A stretch of DNA of 64,000 nt, from NCBI GenBank assembly GCA_947626425.1, contig CANQRX010000001.1, positions 6,528 to 70,527 of the forward strand, in the 5' to 3' direction. Positions 1 through 10,416 of the stretch are shown here, piece by piece. How positions within the stretch are numbered: position 1 is the stretch's first letter; the number at the start of each line of letters is the position of its first letter. The notes under the pieces are model-generated. The model worked only from the letters and a program-made list of their open reading frames with translations. It did no database searches and was not told the DNA's origin. This DNA comes from an uncultured Bacilli bacterium (lineage in GTDB: Bacteria; Bacillota_I; Bacilli_A; RF39; UBA660). The translations under genes were made by a program, and so were the position numbers.

Positions 1-265
1 CATTTCCACTAGCAATTATAATATGTAAATATTTTTTACCAGATTCTTCTTTAACCTCAATATCGTATAAGCCCAAGGTAATTGGTAAGATATTATTTTT
101 AATTCGATCTTTTATTTGTAATTGTAATTCATCAATGTTTTGATTTAGACCTACAATCTCGCCCTTATCAGATACTCCAATATACAAATTACCACCTTTA
201 GCATTTAAAAAGCTAATGCAATAATAACGCCATAATAAAAAATGCTTGCTTACTCTTTTTTATCC
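1..265 (-). pseudogene. 5'-truncated fragment of an AlbA_2 (Schlafen-like) DNA-binding domain protein; runs off left edge
   Basis: Minus-strand frame reads ...FLNAKGGNLYIGVSDKGEIVGLNQNIDELQLQIKDRIKNNILPITLGLYDIEV..., the GG-L-IGV-D-G-vG core of the AlbA_2 fold. An in-frame TAA lies just upstream and no ATG/GTG/TTG start is visible. Confidence 0.3.
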
Positions 266-377
266 CTTTCCAACTTTTATAATAGGACATTTTAACTTGT
301 AAATCACTGAAACTTAAAAAATGCAAAGAAAAAGCAGATATTTAATCCACTTTTCGTTTTATTTTGAGTACTTTAAA

Positions 378-638
378 TTAATCTTCTAATTTATTATATT
401 CATCAAAAATAGCTTTCGCAAAAGCATCTCTAACTTCTTGATTAATTGGATGACATACATCTTTATAATCACCAGTTGCTTTTTTTCTACTAGGCATAGC
501 TATAAATAAACCGTTGTCCCCATCAATAATGCGAATGTCGTGAATTGCAAAAGCATCATCGATTAAAACAGACGCAATTCCTTTCAATCTTGAATTTTCT
601 TTCGTAATTTTACGAACATTAACAGATGAAATTTTCAT
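378..638 (-). CDS. spoVG: septation/sporulation regulator SpoVG
   Basis: 86 aa; motifs IASVLIDDAFAIHDIRIIDGDNGLFIAMPSRK and DVCHPIN are typical of SpoVG; conserved synteny with veg/yabG/rsmA. Confidence 0.9.
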   Translation of the reverse strand: MKISSVNVRKITKENSRLKGIASVLIDDAFAIHDIRIIDGDNGLFIAMPSRKKATGDYKDVCHPINQEVRDAFAKAIFDEYNKLED

Positions 639-704
639 TTCTTACTCCTCCTATTTCAATTATAAATATATTTTAAAGCAAAATATTAAATAATTCAAGG
701 CATT

Positions 705-917
705 TTACATTAGTTTTACCACCACATCTCCAATTATGACATCAGCAAAATTAAAACTTTTTTCACTACCATCAATTAAAACCGTAAAAACATATGGATA
801 AACCGCGGATAAAACCCCTTCATATTGGTAATTTTTATTTCGCATACCATAAACTTTTACTTCAACTTTTTTATTCAAATAGTTCAAAAATTTTTCTCTT
901 ACTAAATCTAAATTCAA
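705..917 (-). CDS. veg: Veg-like protein (DUF1021)
   Basis: 70 aa; the AVYPYVFTVLIDG..SFNFADV core resembles B. subtilis Veg; sits between yabG and spoVG as in Bacillus. Confidence 0.75.
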   Translation of the reverse strand: MNLDLVREKFLNYLNKKVEVKVYGMRNKNYQYEGVLSAVYPYVFTVLIDGSEKSFNFADVIIGDVVVKLM

Positions 918-928
918 ACATATCCCCC

Positions 929-1711
929 TTATCTTGGAAAGCCAACGTACATCATTCCATTGCTTTTAATTCCGCCCATTCCATTTGGTCCATATTTTGT
1001 TTTGGAAAGTAAATCCACTAAATCAATTTCTTTATTTCGTTCTGTCATTGACAAAACCGTAGCAATTATGGCAGGATCTAAGCAATGGATATTTATTCTT
1101 TTGGGGCTAGAAGCAAAATTAGCCCCTGCCCTTATCAATTCTTCATAGTTACTTTGACAAGCTCCAGCGATAATGACAAGCTTTTCATGACTTTTTTCAT
1201 ACCGCCTAGCTTCTTTAACAGCCTTAATAAAACTCATGGAATTTCGATAATTGCCACAATCTTTAGGGCTTCCCTTCTTTGGATAATATGCATCATGACC
1301 CGTAATTATAACTATATCTGGTTGATATTCTTTCAAAAGGTTAAAAATTTGTTTAGGAACTTCTTCTTCACTTAACTTTTTTCCAACAACTTTAACTTTA
1401 TTAATTTTATAAAATTTTATACATCTTTTTAAATAATCTTCATCAGCATCAATGTGTAATACTTTCCCAGGCATATAAAAAAATTCTCCCCGATCATTAA
1501 AAACATCTAAATCAAGAATTAAATCTTCATCACATTCTCTATCTTCTTGCACATAAATTTGTAAATCTTCCAACGGGGCATCAGCATATAAACGAACTTG
1601 CATCCCTTTTAAATATGCCGTTTGGCCTTTAATTTTTATAATTTTAAAAACAATATCATGTTGATAACTAATTCTTGTTACAAAATCTCCAACCTTAAAA
1701 GTCATATGCAT
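929..1711 (-). CDS. yabG: sporulation-specific protease YabG
   Basis: N-terminus MTFKVGDFVTRISYQHDIVFKIIKI resembles YabG (MQFQIGDMVARKSYQMDVLFRII); immediately downstream of rsmA; the ORF track's N-terminal extension was trimmed to the internal ATG. Confidence 0.75.
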   Translation of the reverse strand: MHMTFKVGDFVTRISYQHDIVFKIIKIKGQTAYLKGMQVRLYADAPLEDLQIYVQEDRECDEDLILDLDVFNDRGEFFYMPGKVLHIDADEDYLKRCIKFYKINKVKVVGKKLSEEEVPKQIFNLLKEYQPDIVIITGHDAYYPKKGSPKDCGNYRNSMSFIKAVKEARRYEKSHEKLVIIAGACQSNYEELIRAGANFASSPKRINIHCLDPAIIATVLSMTERNKEIDLVDLLSKTKYGPNGMGGIKSNGMMYVGFPR

Positions 1712-1762
1712 CTCCTTATTAAAACATATGAAAAAAGTTAAAAAAAAAGCCATAAATTCCAT

Positions 1763-2536
1763 TTATAACTTAAAAAGTATTTTAAACAAATGAACAAAAT
1801 TTTCATAAGACAGTTCTTCCGCCCGAACATTATCACTAAATCCCATTTTTTGGAGTTCTGATGCAATAACTAAGTAATCATCTTGTAAATTATTTTTTAA
1901 AGTTTTCCGTTTTTGGCGAAAAGCCTTTTTTACAAACTTTTCAAAATCATCAATGTTTATCTTTTCAATATTAGCTTTTTTGGTAAACGAAACAATGGCA
2001 CTGTCGACATTAGGGACTGGCTCAAAACACTTAGCTAGAACTTCACCTTCAATTTTTATTTCAAAATAATGATTCAAAAACACTGTAAAAAATCCATAAT
2101 CATGACTTTTTGGATGCGCCGCAAATCTTAGGGCTACTTCTTTTTGAACAAGTAAAACCATCTTGGTGGGAATAATATTTTTTATAAGGTGATCGATAAT
2201 AGGTGTTGTAATATAATAAGGAATATTAGCCACGACAAAAAGTTGATGATAATTAAAAGCTTTTAAATTAGCTAAATCATTTGTCAAAAAATCTTGATAA
2301 ATAACTTCTAAATTAGGCAATTTTTCCAAATATGGTTTCATTCTTAAATCAATTTCATACGCCAAAACGGGACAATCTTTTAAAACCAAATATTTAGTTA
2401 AAGCACCCATTCCCGGCCCGATTTCTAAAAGTAAATCATCTTTTGTAACAGTAACTAAATCAGCTATCTTTTTTAAAATAGTTTCATCTTTCAAAAAATT
2501 TTGCCCTAAACTTTTTTTTGCTTTAACACTTTTCAT
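1763..2536 (-). CDS. rsmA: 16S rRNA (adenine1518/1519-N6)-dimethyltransferase RsmA/KsgA
   Basis: 257 aa; SLGQNFL start and EIGPGMGALT SAM motif. Confidence 0.9.
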   Translation of the reverse strand: MKSVKAKKSLGQNFLKDETILKKIADLVTVTKDDLLLEIGPGMGALTKYLVLKDCPVLAYEIDLRMKPYLEKLPNLEVIYQDFLTNDLANLKAFNYHQLFVVANIPYYITTPIIDHLIKNIIPTKMVLLVQKEVALRFAAHPKSHDYGFFTVFLNHYFEIKIEGEVLAKCFEPVPNVDSAIVSFTKKANIEKINIDDFEKFVKKAFRQKRKTLKNNLQDDYLVIASELQKMGFSDNVRAEELSYENFVHLFKILFKL

Positions 2537-3093
2537 TGCCTAGTCCAACCTTCTCTTAAAATATCATATGAAACATATTTACGACCCACATAAGTTCGAG
2601 CATAATTTTCATTCGGTGTTAATAAGTCTAAATCAGTTCCTAATACCCCGCGATCTAAAACAATCGCAATAACAGGTTCATTATTAACTGTATAATTATT
2701 AAGTCTTACAACCGTTCCACACGCGATTGATGTACTAGAAGCTACAATTCTTACTTGCCCATAATCAGCATCAACATAAGTATCCGTTCCATCTTTAACA
2801 TAATAACTTGGTTTACACGCTAAAGTACCATTACACAAAGGGCAATCCGCACTATAACCAGTTAAATCACCAGAATAAGTCATTAAAGGTCGATATATAT
2901 CATTTTTTTGTTCCTCTTCTAAACGCATCGCCATTAAATTCAAATTAATAACGCGATTATTTGCCCCACTGTAAATTTCTGTTGTATTAGTTTCTACTTT
3001 TAAATTAGCTAACAAAATAAAAAAAATTAAAAAGAATGTTTTAACAATATAATTAGCTAATAATCTGATTTTTCGCAAAATCAACCACCTCAA
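2533..3093 (-). CDS. RlpA-like double-psi beta-barrel (3D/DPBB) domain protein with N-terminal membrane anchor (YabE-position remnant?)
   Basis: IACGTVVRLNNYT..NEPVIAIVLDRG....DLDLL aligns with the RlpA core ([26 protein letters not shown]...IDLS); N-terminal hydrophobic segment; occupies the yabE position next to rsmA. Confidence 0.5.
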   Translation of the reverse strand: MRWLILRKIRLLANYIVKTFFLIFFILLANLKVETNTTEIYSGANNRVINLNLMAMRLEEEQKNDIYRPLMTYSGDLTGYSADCPLCNGTLACKPSYYVKDGTDTYVDADYGQVRIVASSTSIACGTVVRLNNYTVNNEPVIAIVLDRGVLGTDLDLLTPNENYARTYVGRKYVSYDILREGWTRQ

Positions 3094-3148
3094 CTAACAA
3101 AGTCATTATAACAAAAAAAAGAATGTTAGTCAAAAACCGACAAAAAAA

Positions 3149-3441
3149 GACGGAGTCTAAAAGTATCGGAAAATACAAAAAGGTAATATAATATTGCTAA
3201 AATAAGCATAGTAATGTAGTTCTCTTAAAAAGATATTATCATAAATTTTAAAAATTTAGTAACCAAAATTTTGTCTAATTAAAAATATAGTTTTGAATAA
3301 TCTCGTCATAAATCGAAAAATTATTTATTTCAGTATTACTATTAAGACATTGGCTTTTTCTTTTTCTTTAGATATTCGTTATATTGCTTATACTACATAA
3401 ATAGTGCATTTTTATTTATTCCGATAAATTTGTACTCCGTC
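3149..3441. mobile_element. MITE-like non-autonomous element: 23-bp imperfect TIRs, 8-bp direct-repeat flanks
   Basis: Left arm GACGGAGTCTAAAAGTATCGGAA (3149-3171) vs reverse complement of right arm (3419-3441) GACGGAGTACAAATTTATCGGAA, 19/23 identical; immediately flanked by CAAAAAAA (3141-3148 and 3442-3449); 293-bp AT-rich interior without an ORF. Confidence 0.4.
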
Positions 3442-3608
3442 CAAAAAAACATTATTGATCAAATATAAATATTAGATGACTCAATTTAAGAAAAGATTTA
3501 TTAAAGGCTAGCGCTTCGAAAGTATTCTTTACTAGGTCTTAGGTTTACAATTTCATTTCTTTTAACCGTCTTTGAAAGCTAGGACTATATATTCGACTAA
3601 AAATTGCT

Positions 3609-4382
3609 TTATCCGAAACTAAACGGTACAGCAATGTTAAGTACAAAAGCCAATGCAACGCCTATCCCTATCATAATTACGGTGTTTATTAAAGATTGAC
3701 GCTTCATAACGACACATCCGCATAAAAATGTTAACGCTTCCAAAAGAGAACGGCTATGAAAATATCCAATTCCATACCCAAATGACATATTAAAAAGGAC
3801 AGCTATTATTCCTGCGGAAAGAAACAGCGATATTCTGCTTTGTCCTTTCGCATACCAACAAATAAAAGCAAGCAACGGAGAAACAACGGTAAAGCCAATC
3901 CAAATAAGCGCATAACTTTTTGGAAAAAAACCAGCTATGAATGTTGAATATAAATAATAGCTAAAAATCATCCCTGCAAAGAACAAGAATACATTGATTG
4001 CTGCCCTTATTGGTGATAAACTGTAAATCGAAATACATACAGCAATAAATACCCATATGGCAAACCGTCCTAAAAAATTTGTCACATCCAAATATTGAAG
4101 AAAAATAGGTAAATGATTGATAGGGACAGTATCCAAAAATTTTGAAAGCACTCCCAATGTAATTCCCAAAAGCCCTATGGATGCTGTATTTATTATTTGT
4201 TTTTTTAGTGAAATTTTCTTTTCTACACATCGTATATTATTCAAAAAATTCAACATAAATGTACAGCCTCCATTACCTATACAAATTCTAAATAAGCATA
4301 ATAACGGCGGAAATACCACAATATGTATCTCCCACTCGATAATATTATACACCTGGATTTTGAAGATATCTACCTCAAGCAA
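3609..4382 (-). CDS. polytopic membrane protein of unknown function (start uncertain; TTG at 4382 or an internal ATG)
   Basis: 6-7 predicted hydrophobic helices; no recognisable motif. Confidence 0.45.
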   Translation of the reverse strand: MLEVDIFKIQVYNIIEWEIHIVVFPPLLCLFRICIGNGGCTFMLNFLNNIRCVEKKISLKKQIINTASIGLLGITLGVLSKFLDTVPINHLPIFLQYLDVTNFLGRFAIWVFIAVCISIYSLSPIRAAINVFLFFAGMIFSYYLYSTFIAGFFPKSYALIWIGFTVVSPLLAFICWYAKGQSRISLFLSAGIIAVLFNMSFGYGIGYFHSRSLLEALTFLCGCVVMKRQSLINTVIMIGIGVALAFVLNIAVPFSFG

Positions 4383-4740
4383 CGATTTTCTCGCCGGAAA
4401 TATTTCCGACTATACTGCCAACTTTATGACTTCTTGCAAAATCAAATCTTTAATTAAATCATCACTATTAAAACCACCATCTTGTCTAACATAATGACCA
4501 TATTTAACAATATTATCTAAATTGATAACTTGATAATCTGCTAAATGTTTGGTAAGTCTTTCAAAAGATTCATAACCTGAACTTTTAATACCTTATTTTT
4601 CCGTAGGCATATATCTAATAAGGGTTTTAAATATCTTATCTAAAATATTTTTATCATAAGCTTCAGTAATTAATTTAGGAATATCAAGTAATTGATTATT
4701 TTTAATAACATTAACATTTTTTTACATTCCTTTCTAATTT
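4383..4740 (-). pseudogene. degraded N-terminal extension of the membrane-protein gene (in-frame TAG at 4410-4412 plus one frameshift)
   Basis: The frame continuous with ORF 3609..4382 reads ...GIKSSGYESFERLTKHLADYQVINLDNIVKYGHYVRQDGGFNSDDLIKDLILQEVIKLAV*SEIFPARKSLLEVDIF... A neighbouring frame reads NNQLLDIPKLITEAYDKNILDKIFKTLIRYMPTEK*. Protein-like composition without an intact ORF. Confidence 0.3.
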
Positions 4741-4829
4741 CAATATTAAGCCACAAATTACAATGAAAAATTTTTACTTTTTTGGCAATAAGATTTACAT
4801 AATATCAAAATTCAATGTTAAAACTTACT

Positions 4830-5690
4830 CTATTTTTTAGTCATTATAAATATAAAAACAATTAATAAAACTATAAAGATTATTAACCAAGGAACTATTA
4901 AAATAAATTTCATTAATTTTTTCTTCTTCTCTGGCATAGAATTCCACTGTTCTAAAGATGTTTTTAGAGGATGTTTAAATTTTTCTTTTATTAGTTTCAC
5001 ATTTTCATCTACTTTTATATAAAATTCATTTCCAAAATTATTTTTAACCCATTCTTTGTCATAAAATTTATTTGTTTTATTATATGAATAATTTTTGGTC
5101 AAATTGTACGATTTATTAACTAGATACGATGAACTATATTCACTTCTATCTAAATATAACAATAATGCAACAATTCCATCACTTATATTTTCATAATTTT
5201 CTTTTAAATAACAACAATATTCGTCTTTAGCATCTATAACTACATTAGATTTTAAAGCTTCACCAATTTGGGTTTCACCATCATATATAGGAAAATGTCT
5301 AATATATCCATCTTCTATTGAATAACAAAAATATTGTTTATCATTTATTTCTATAACATATCTATTATCCCATATTGCTTTTTCTTCATAATATATTTTA
5401 ATTATATTTTTATCAGAAATAAATAGTAATTGATTAAATTTTTGTTTACCAGCTATTAAAAATTTCATTGGAATAAGTTCTTCTTTAAAATTTTCGATGT
5501 ATTTATAATCTGTTGTATATATTTCATTTTCATTTGGATCAACTATTTTAATACTTCTTAGTTTTTCTAAATTTAAGGGCTCATTAATTGAAACAAAAGG
5601 TAATTTTGCTTTATATTGCAATGTATCATTATACTTTATTTCAAATTCATTTTTTCCATCACTTGGAATCTGTATCACACTTATTTTCAT
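4830..5690 (-). CDS. hypothetical protein with C-terminal transmembrane anchor
   Basis: 286 aa; C-terminal LIVPWLIIFIVLLIVFIFIM helix; no recognised motif. Confidence 0.4.
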   Translation of the reverse strand: MKISVIQIPSDGKNEFEIKYNDTLQYKAKLPFVSINEPLNLEKLRSIKIVDPNENEIYTTDYKYIENFKEELIPMKFLIAGKQKFNQLLFISDKNIIKIYYEEKAIWDNRYVIEINDKQYFCYSIEDGYIRHFPIYDGETQIGEALKSNVVIDAKDEYCCYLKENYENISDGIVALLLYLDRSEYSSSYLVNKSYNLTKNYSYNKTNKFYDKEWVKNNFGNEFYIKVDENVKLIKEKFKHPLKTSLEQWNSMPEKKKKLMKFILIVPWLIIFIVLLIVFIFIMTKK

Positions 5691-5891
5691 CTTTATCTCC
5701 TCCCATAATGTAACTATTCTCCATATATTTGTACATTATTTTTATAAAAAGAAAAAGGGTAATTTAATAATTAATCACTTAATCTTAATTAGACAAGTAA
5801 ATGCAATCAATAAGATTAGAAATATCTTGGAAAAGTAAAAGCAATTAAAAATTGGCATTTAAATAGGATTAATCACCTATTCTTCCATTTT

Positions 5892-7541
5892 TTATCTAAC
5901 AATACATTTTTTCCCACAGAATACTAAAGCATATTCATGGATATTTGCAACTTTATCTAATTGTAACTCTTTATAATATCCTTTTTCTTTCATTTGTTTC
6001 TTGGCTTTTTTGGCCATATTTTCCATTTCACTTTCTTTATCACTTATTTTAAATTCCATTATACATCCAAACGTCCGATCAACACTTTCAATTAATACAT
6101 CGAATCTTCCTTTTCCTGCTTCTCGGTTTGACTTAACTATATAATTATGACTTATAAAAGAACCTAATAATCCGATAATATAACCATGATAAAAACTTTC
6201 TTTTTTATCATAATAACTTATACTTGCAAGTAATTTATTGATATATTCTTCAATAACATTTTTATTATCTAATATTAAAGCTCTTGTAAAATTCTTATAT
6301 GTATCAAACTGATTTATAACTTTTTGAAATGTTATTTTCTGAATCATTTCTATTAAATCACTTCTAACTTCTTCATTTGGTATACGATACATCTTATAAG
6401 TTAATTTAGTTATTTCATCATATACATTTTTATCAAAAGTTAAATAACCACTCATAAACATTAAACTTAAAATGCTATTAATATTTTCAGAATCATGAAA
6501 ATCTAAATAAGTTATTTGTTTATTATATGTAAAACTTATACTTTCTCCTTGCAATAATTTTTCGACTTCAATTTTATCTTCTTCACTTATTTTACTTAAT
6601 AAATCTTTAATTAAATCATTACTTGAAGTATTTATCCAATAAGGCTCAATTACTTTTTTACTAGCATAACTTAAAATACTCCATGGATTATAAATACTTA
6701 CTCCCCCAATATTGTAACCATCATAATTATTTTTAACTTCCTTAGTTAATTCTAATCCATAATATTCTAATAATTCTTTAGTTTCCTTTTCGGTAAAACC
6801 AAAAGCCTCATTATAAGTAGGAGTCATCATATCAATAACATCAGGATTATTTAAGTCACTGAAAATTGATTCTTTGCTTACTCTTAAAACGCCCGTTAAT
6901 ACTCCAAACTTTAATGAATCGTTTCCTTTTAAACAACTTGAAAAAACACTTCTGATTAAACTTACTATTTCATCATAAAAACCTTTCAAATAACCATATT
7001 GAATAGGAACATCGTATTCATCAATTAAGATTATTACTTTTTGGTGATGATATTCTTCTAACCAATTAGATAAATATTTTAAGGTTCGTTCGTAATCAGT
7101 TTTTTTAGCCGTTTTGTCGATAAAAGAATTAAAAATCAAAGCCTGACTTTCACTTAAATAATCTAACAAATACGTTTTCTTTTCATAAACATCAGCAATG
7201 ATATTTTTAAATTCTTCATAAGTGCTATCAAAATCATCTCTTTTTAGATCTTTAAAATCTAAATTAATAACAGGGTAGTTACTTAATTCTTTATAATAAG
7301 GACTTTGCGATATGTATAATCCCTTAAATAAATCTTTGTTAATTTCTTTTTTATCAATATCAAAAAAATGTTCTAACATTGAGATAAACAAACTTTTTCC
7401 AAACCTTCTAGGTCTTGTATATAGTACAACATCACTGCCATTTTCTAATAATTCCTCAATAGACGCAGTTTTATCAACATAATAACAATTTTCTTGAATT
7501 AATTTCTGAAAATTATCTTTTCCTATTGGTATTGACTTCAT
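5892..7541 (-). CDS. predicted AAA-ATPase (pfam09820-like) fused to PD-(D/E)XK nuclease (PDDEXK_9/DUF1703-like)
   Basis: N-terminal YYVDKTASIEELLENG....TRPRRFGKSLFISMLEHFF is the hallmark of the predicted AAA-ATPase family that carries a C-terminal PD-(D/E)XK domain. Confidence 0.65.
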   Translation of the reverse strand: MKSIPIGKDNFQKLIQENCYYVDKTASIEELLENGSDVVLYTRPRRFGKSLFISMLEHFFDIDKKEINKDLFKGLYISQSPYYKELSNYPVINLDFKDLKRDDFDSTYEEFKNIIADVYEKKTYLLDYLSESQALIFNSFIDKTAKKTDYERTLKYLSNWLEEYHHQKVIILIDEYDVPIQYGYLKGFYDEIVSLIRSVFSSCLKGNDSLKFGVLTGVLRVSKESIFSDLNNPDVIDMMTPTYNEAFGFTEKETKELLEYYGLELTKEVKNNYDGYNIGGVSIYNPWSILSYASKKVIEPYWINTSSNDLIKDLLSKISEEDKIEVEKLLQGESISFTYNKQITYLDFHDSENINSILSLMFMSGYLTFDKNVYDEITKLTYKMYRIPNEEVRSDLIEMIQKITFQKVINQFDTYKNFTRALILDNKNVIEEYINKLLASISYYDKKESFYHGYIIGLLGSFISHNYIVKSNREAGKGRFDVLIESVDRTFGCIMEFKISDKESEMENMAKKAKKQMKEKGYYKELQLDKVANIHEYALVFCGKKCIVR

Positions 7542-7920
7542 ATTATCCCTCTTTTCTTGCTATAATTTTAACAAATATTATTTTAAAGCTCAAGAGAAGG
7601 AAAAAAATGATTAGCACAGTAGGTCACCCTATGTAACCATCTCTACCATCCTCTTCTTTTACTTAATTTAGGTAACGGCTATTAACCGAAAATATTTCAT
7701 TTCACTCCAAGGTAGAAACATTATGCTATTCTTACTATATTGCAACAACCGATAACTCTCTAATAAGTAAGTCATGTTCTTATCATAGTTTTTATAATTT
7801 TATTTTGAATATTTTTACTTTTAAAGTTGAGGAACCATCATTGGTTAAATCCATAATCATTACCCAAATGATTAACTACTTGCAAAATCTCAAAAGAACT
7901 CACCAAGATTAAAACAAAAA

Positions 7921-8175
7921 TTAATGTTTCAAATACTTCATTCTTTTTCTTAATTCCTTTATCAGACTTTTAATCCTTTTTTTACTATCTAAATCTTTTT
8001 CATCGACTTTTTTTAATAGTAACTCTTCCATATGATTAATCAAGTTTTCCTGATATTCTTCAAATTCTTCTAACATCATATCTTCAATTGAATTTATATT
8101 TAATTTTCCTTCATTAACACTTGATATAAATTTATTTTCTAAATTATTTTGTTCCATACACTCACTCCTAAACAT
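7921..8175 (-). CDS. small hypothetical protein (acidic N-terminal, basic C-terminal; coiled-coil-like)
   Basis: 84 aa ORF; compositional only. Confidence 0.3.
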   Translation of the reverse strand: MFRSECMEQNNLENKFISSVNEGKLNINSIEDMMLEEFEEYQENLINHMEELLLKKVDEKDLDSKKRIKSLIKELRKRMKYLKH

Positions 8176-8242
8176 AATTTTATTTCAAAATTTTTTTAAA
8201 TAATCATTACCCCCATTTGAAATTTTATAAATTGAAACTCTT

Positions 8243-9508
8243 TTATTTTTCATCTTCTAATAACCAATCAATTATATTAATTATTTTTATCCCGTTATAA
8301 TCATTAATTACTAGCTTATCCAAAGTTAATATAATTTTTTGGTAATTATCATTTATACTTTCTAAACTTCGAAGTTCCCTTAATTTAACTTGTTCATCTA
8401 ACAAAGTTTGAGTTACTTGATAATATATTATATTATGAGGATTTTCGGCAATAAAATCAACTTCATATTCACTTAATTTACCGATATTAACCTTGTAGCC
8501 TCTCCTAAGTAATTCTAAATACACAATATTTTCTAATATATGTCCTTCATCTACATTTCTATATCCTAAAATAATGTTTCTAATGCCAATATCGGAAATA
8601 TAATATTTTCCAAGAGTTTTTAAAAGGGCTTTATTTCTAATATCAGCACGGAAAGCTTTATACACGATAAAAGATTTTTCTAACATATTTAAATAATTAT
8701 CAATTGTTTGATGATTAGATTTTACAACTATTTTATTGCTATTTAAATAATTACTTATTTTTACGGAAGAAATAGGACTACCAATATTGTTCACTACATA
8801 TTTTAATATATTTTCTAAAAGTATTGGGTCTTTTATGTTATTCCTATCAATTATATCTTTCTTTACAATAGAATTATATATATCTGTTAAATAAGATAAA
8901 GTTAATTCATCATTATTTTTTATTAAAGTTACAGCTGGTAATCCACCATATTTTAAATATTCTTTAAATTTATCATCCAAATTGTTATTATCATAATTAT
9001 TAAATATTAAATACTCTTTAAATGAAAGAGGATAAATTTTTATTTCTATATACCTTCCTGATAAAAGTGTCGACAATTCCGATGACAAAAGATAAGCATT
9101 AGAACCTGTTATATAAATATCTATATCAAAATCAACCTTAAAAGAATTAATAGCTTTTTCCCAAGATTCAACATTTTGGACCTCATCTAACAATAAATAC
9201 ATTTTGTTGTTATTTATTTTTTCTTTTACATAATTATATAAATCACGATAAGTATTTATATCATCAAACAAGCCAGATTCAAAGTTTATATAAATTATAT
9301 TTTTTTCTTCAACACCATTATTTAATAAGTAATCTTTAAACATCAATAATAATGTCGATTTACCGCACCGTCTAACTCCAGTTATTACCTTTATAAAATC
9401 AGTATCCTTGGCATTAACCATTCGGTTTAAATACGTTTCTCTTATTATCATTTTATCACCTAAAAGCACTATAACATAATCTAAAAAGTTTTGCAAGTTC
9501 ATTAGCAA
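8243..9508 (-). CDS. ATP-binding protein, AAA_14 + DUF4143 family
   Basis: Walker A GVRRCGKST and Walker B LLLDEVQ, with a DUF4143-like C-terminal region; paralog of 22309..23616. Confidence 0.7.
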   Translation of the reverse strand: MLMNLQNFLDYVIVLLGDKMIIRETYLNRMVNAKDTDFIKVITGVRRCGKSTLLLMFKDYLLNNGVEEKNIIYINFESGLFDDINTYRDLYNYVKEKINNNKMYLLLDEVQNVESWEKAINSFKVDFDIDIYITGSNAYLLSSELSTLLSGRYIEIKIYPLSFKEYLIFNNYDNNNLDDKFKEYLKYGGLPAVTLIKNNDELTLSYLTDIYNSIVKKDIIDRNNIKDPILLENILKYVVNNIGSPISSVKISNYLNSNKIVVKSNHQTIDNYLNMLEKSFIVYKAFRADIRNKALLKTLGKYYISDIGIRNIILGYRNVDEGHILENIVYLELLRRGYKVNIGKLSEYEVDFIAENPHNIIYYQVTQTLLDEQVKLRELRSLESINDNYQKIILTLDKLVINDYNGIKIINIIDWLLEDEK

Positions 9509-9555
9509 AACTTTTATTTTTCAAGTTTTTTGCAAACATATTTTAACAACTATCA

Positions 9556-10416
9556 TTATTTTAAATTATCAGTAATTTTAATAAAAAAATCACTACTCCA
9601 TAAATCCAAACTTTTTAAATCCTTTATAAAGGGGATTACATCTTCTTTTGCATCAACATAATTTATTTCTTTAAATTTACTTCTTAATAAATCTTTTAAA
9701 ATATCAAGATTAAAAGAATCACTGTCATTTATATATTTTGAATCAATTAATTTTCTCCTTATTAATTCTAAATTAACATTAACATCATTCGCTAAGAAAA
9801 AGACATAATCATATAAATCTCTTCCCTTTGTTCTTTTTTGCCAATTTCGACATAAAATTGCATGAATTTTCCCCGCAAATAAAGATGATTTATCGTATAT
9901 TCTTAATTGATGAGGACTGGGAAGTAATTTATATTGAATTTCATATGTAGCTCCAAATGGAGGATTAACATCTATTTCAAATTTTACTTTGATATTTTTA
10001 AAAAGATGGTCATATTGTTTATTAACTTCATTCGGAAAAAAGTTTAAAATAAGTTCTAGGGTATCTCCTTTTAAAAAGGCAGAAGAAATATTAGTTTTAT
10101 TATTTTTCTTCTTCGAACTTATCTCTAAATTTAAACCATAAGCTTTTAACTCATTTTCTATATAAACAAAGTATTTACTTAAATCAAAATTTTTATTTGG
10201 TTTAATCAATGCAAAATCTAAATCTTCTGAAAATCTATCCAATTTATAAAAAATTCTTAAAGCTGTTCCTCCATAAAAAGCTGCTTCATTAAAAAAACCA
10301 CCTCGAGATAAACCAAGTAAAACAATTTCTTGGATGATTTCTTTTAAAGCATTTATCTCATCATTTATATTTTTTATTTCATAATGGCTAAGCATCTGGG
10401 TAATTACATCATTCAT
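9556..10416 (-). CDS. abiEii: nucleotidyltransferase toxin AbiEii/AbiGii family (type IV TA toxin)
   Basis: FYGGTALRIFYKLDRFSEDLDFAL is the AbiEii/DUF1814 signature; overlaps the upstream antitoxin gene by 4 bp. Confidence 0.75.
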   Translation of the reverse strand: MNDVITQMLSHYEIKNINDEINALKEIIQEIVLLGLSRGGFFNEAAFYGGTALRIFYKLDRFSEDLDFALIKPNKNFDLSKYFVYIENELKAYGLNLEISSKKKNNKTNISSAFLKGDTLELILNFFPNEVNKQYDHLFKNIKVKFEIDVNPPFGATYEIQYKLLPSPHQLRIYDKSSLFAGKIHAILCRNWQKRTKGRDLYDYVFFLANDVNVNLELIRRKLIDSKYINDSDSFNLDILKDLLRSKFKEINYVDAKEDVIPFIKDLKSLDLWSSDFFIKITDNLK

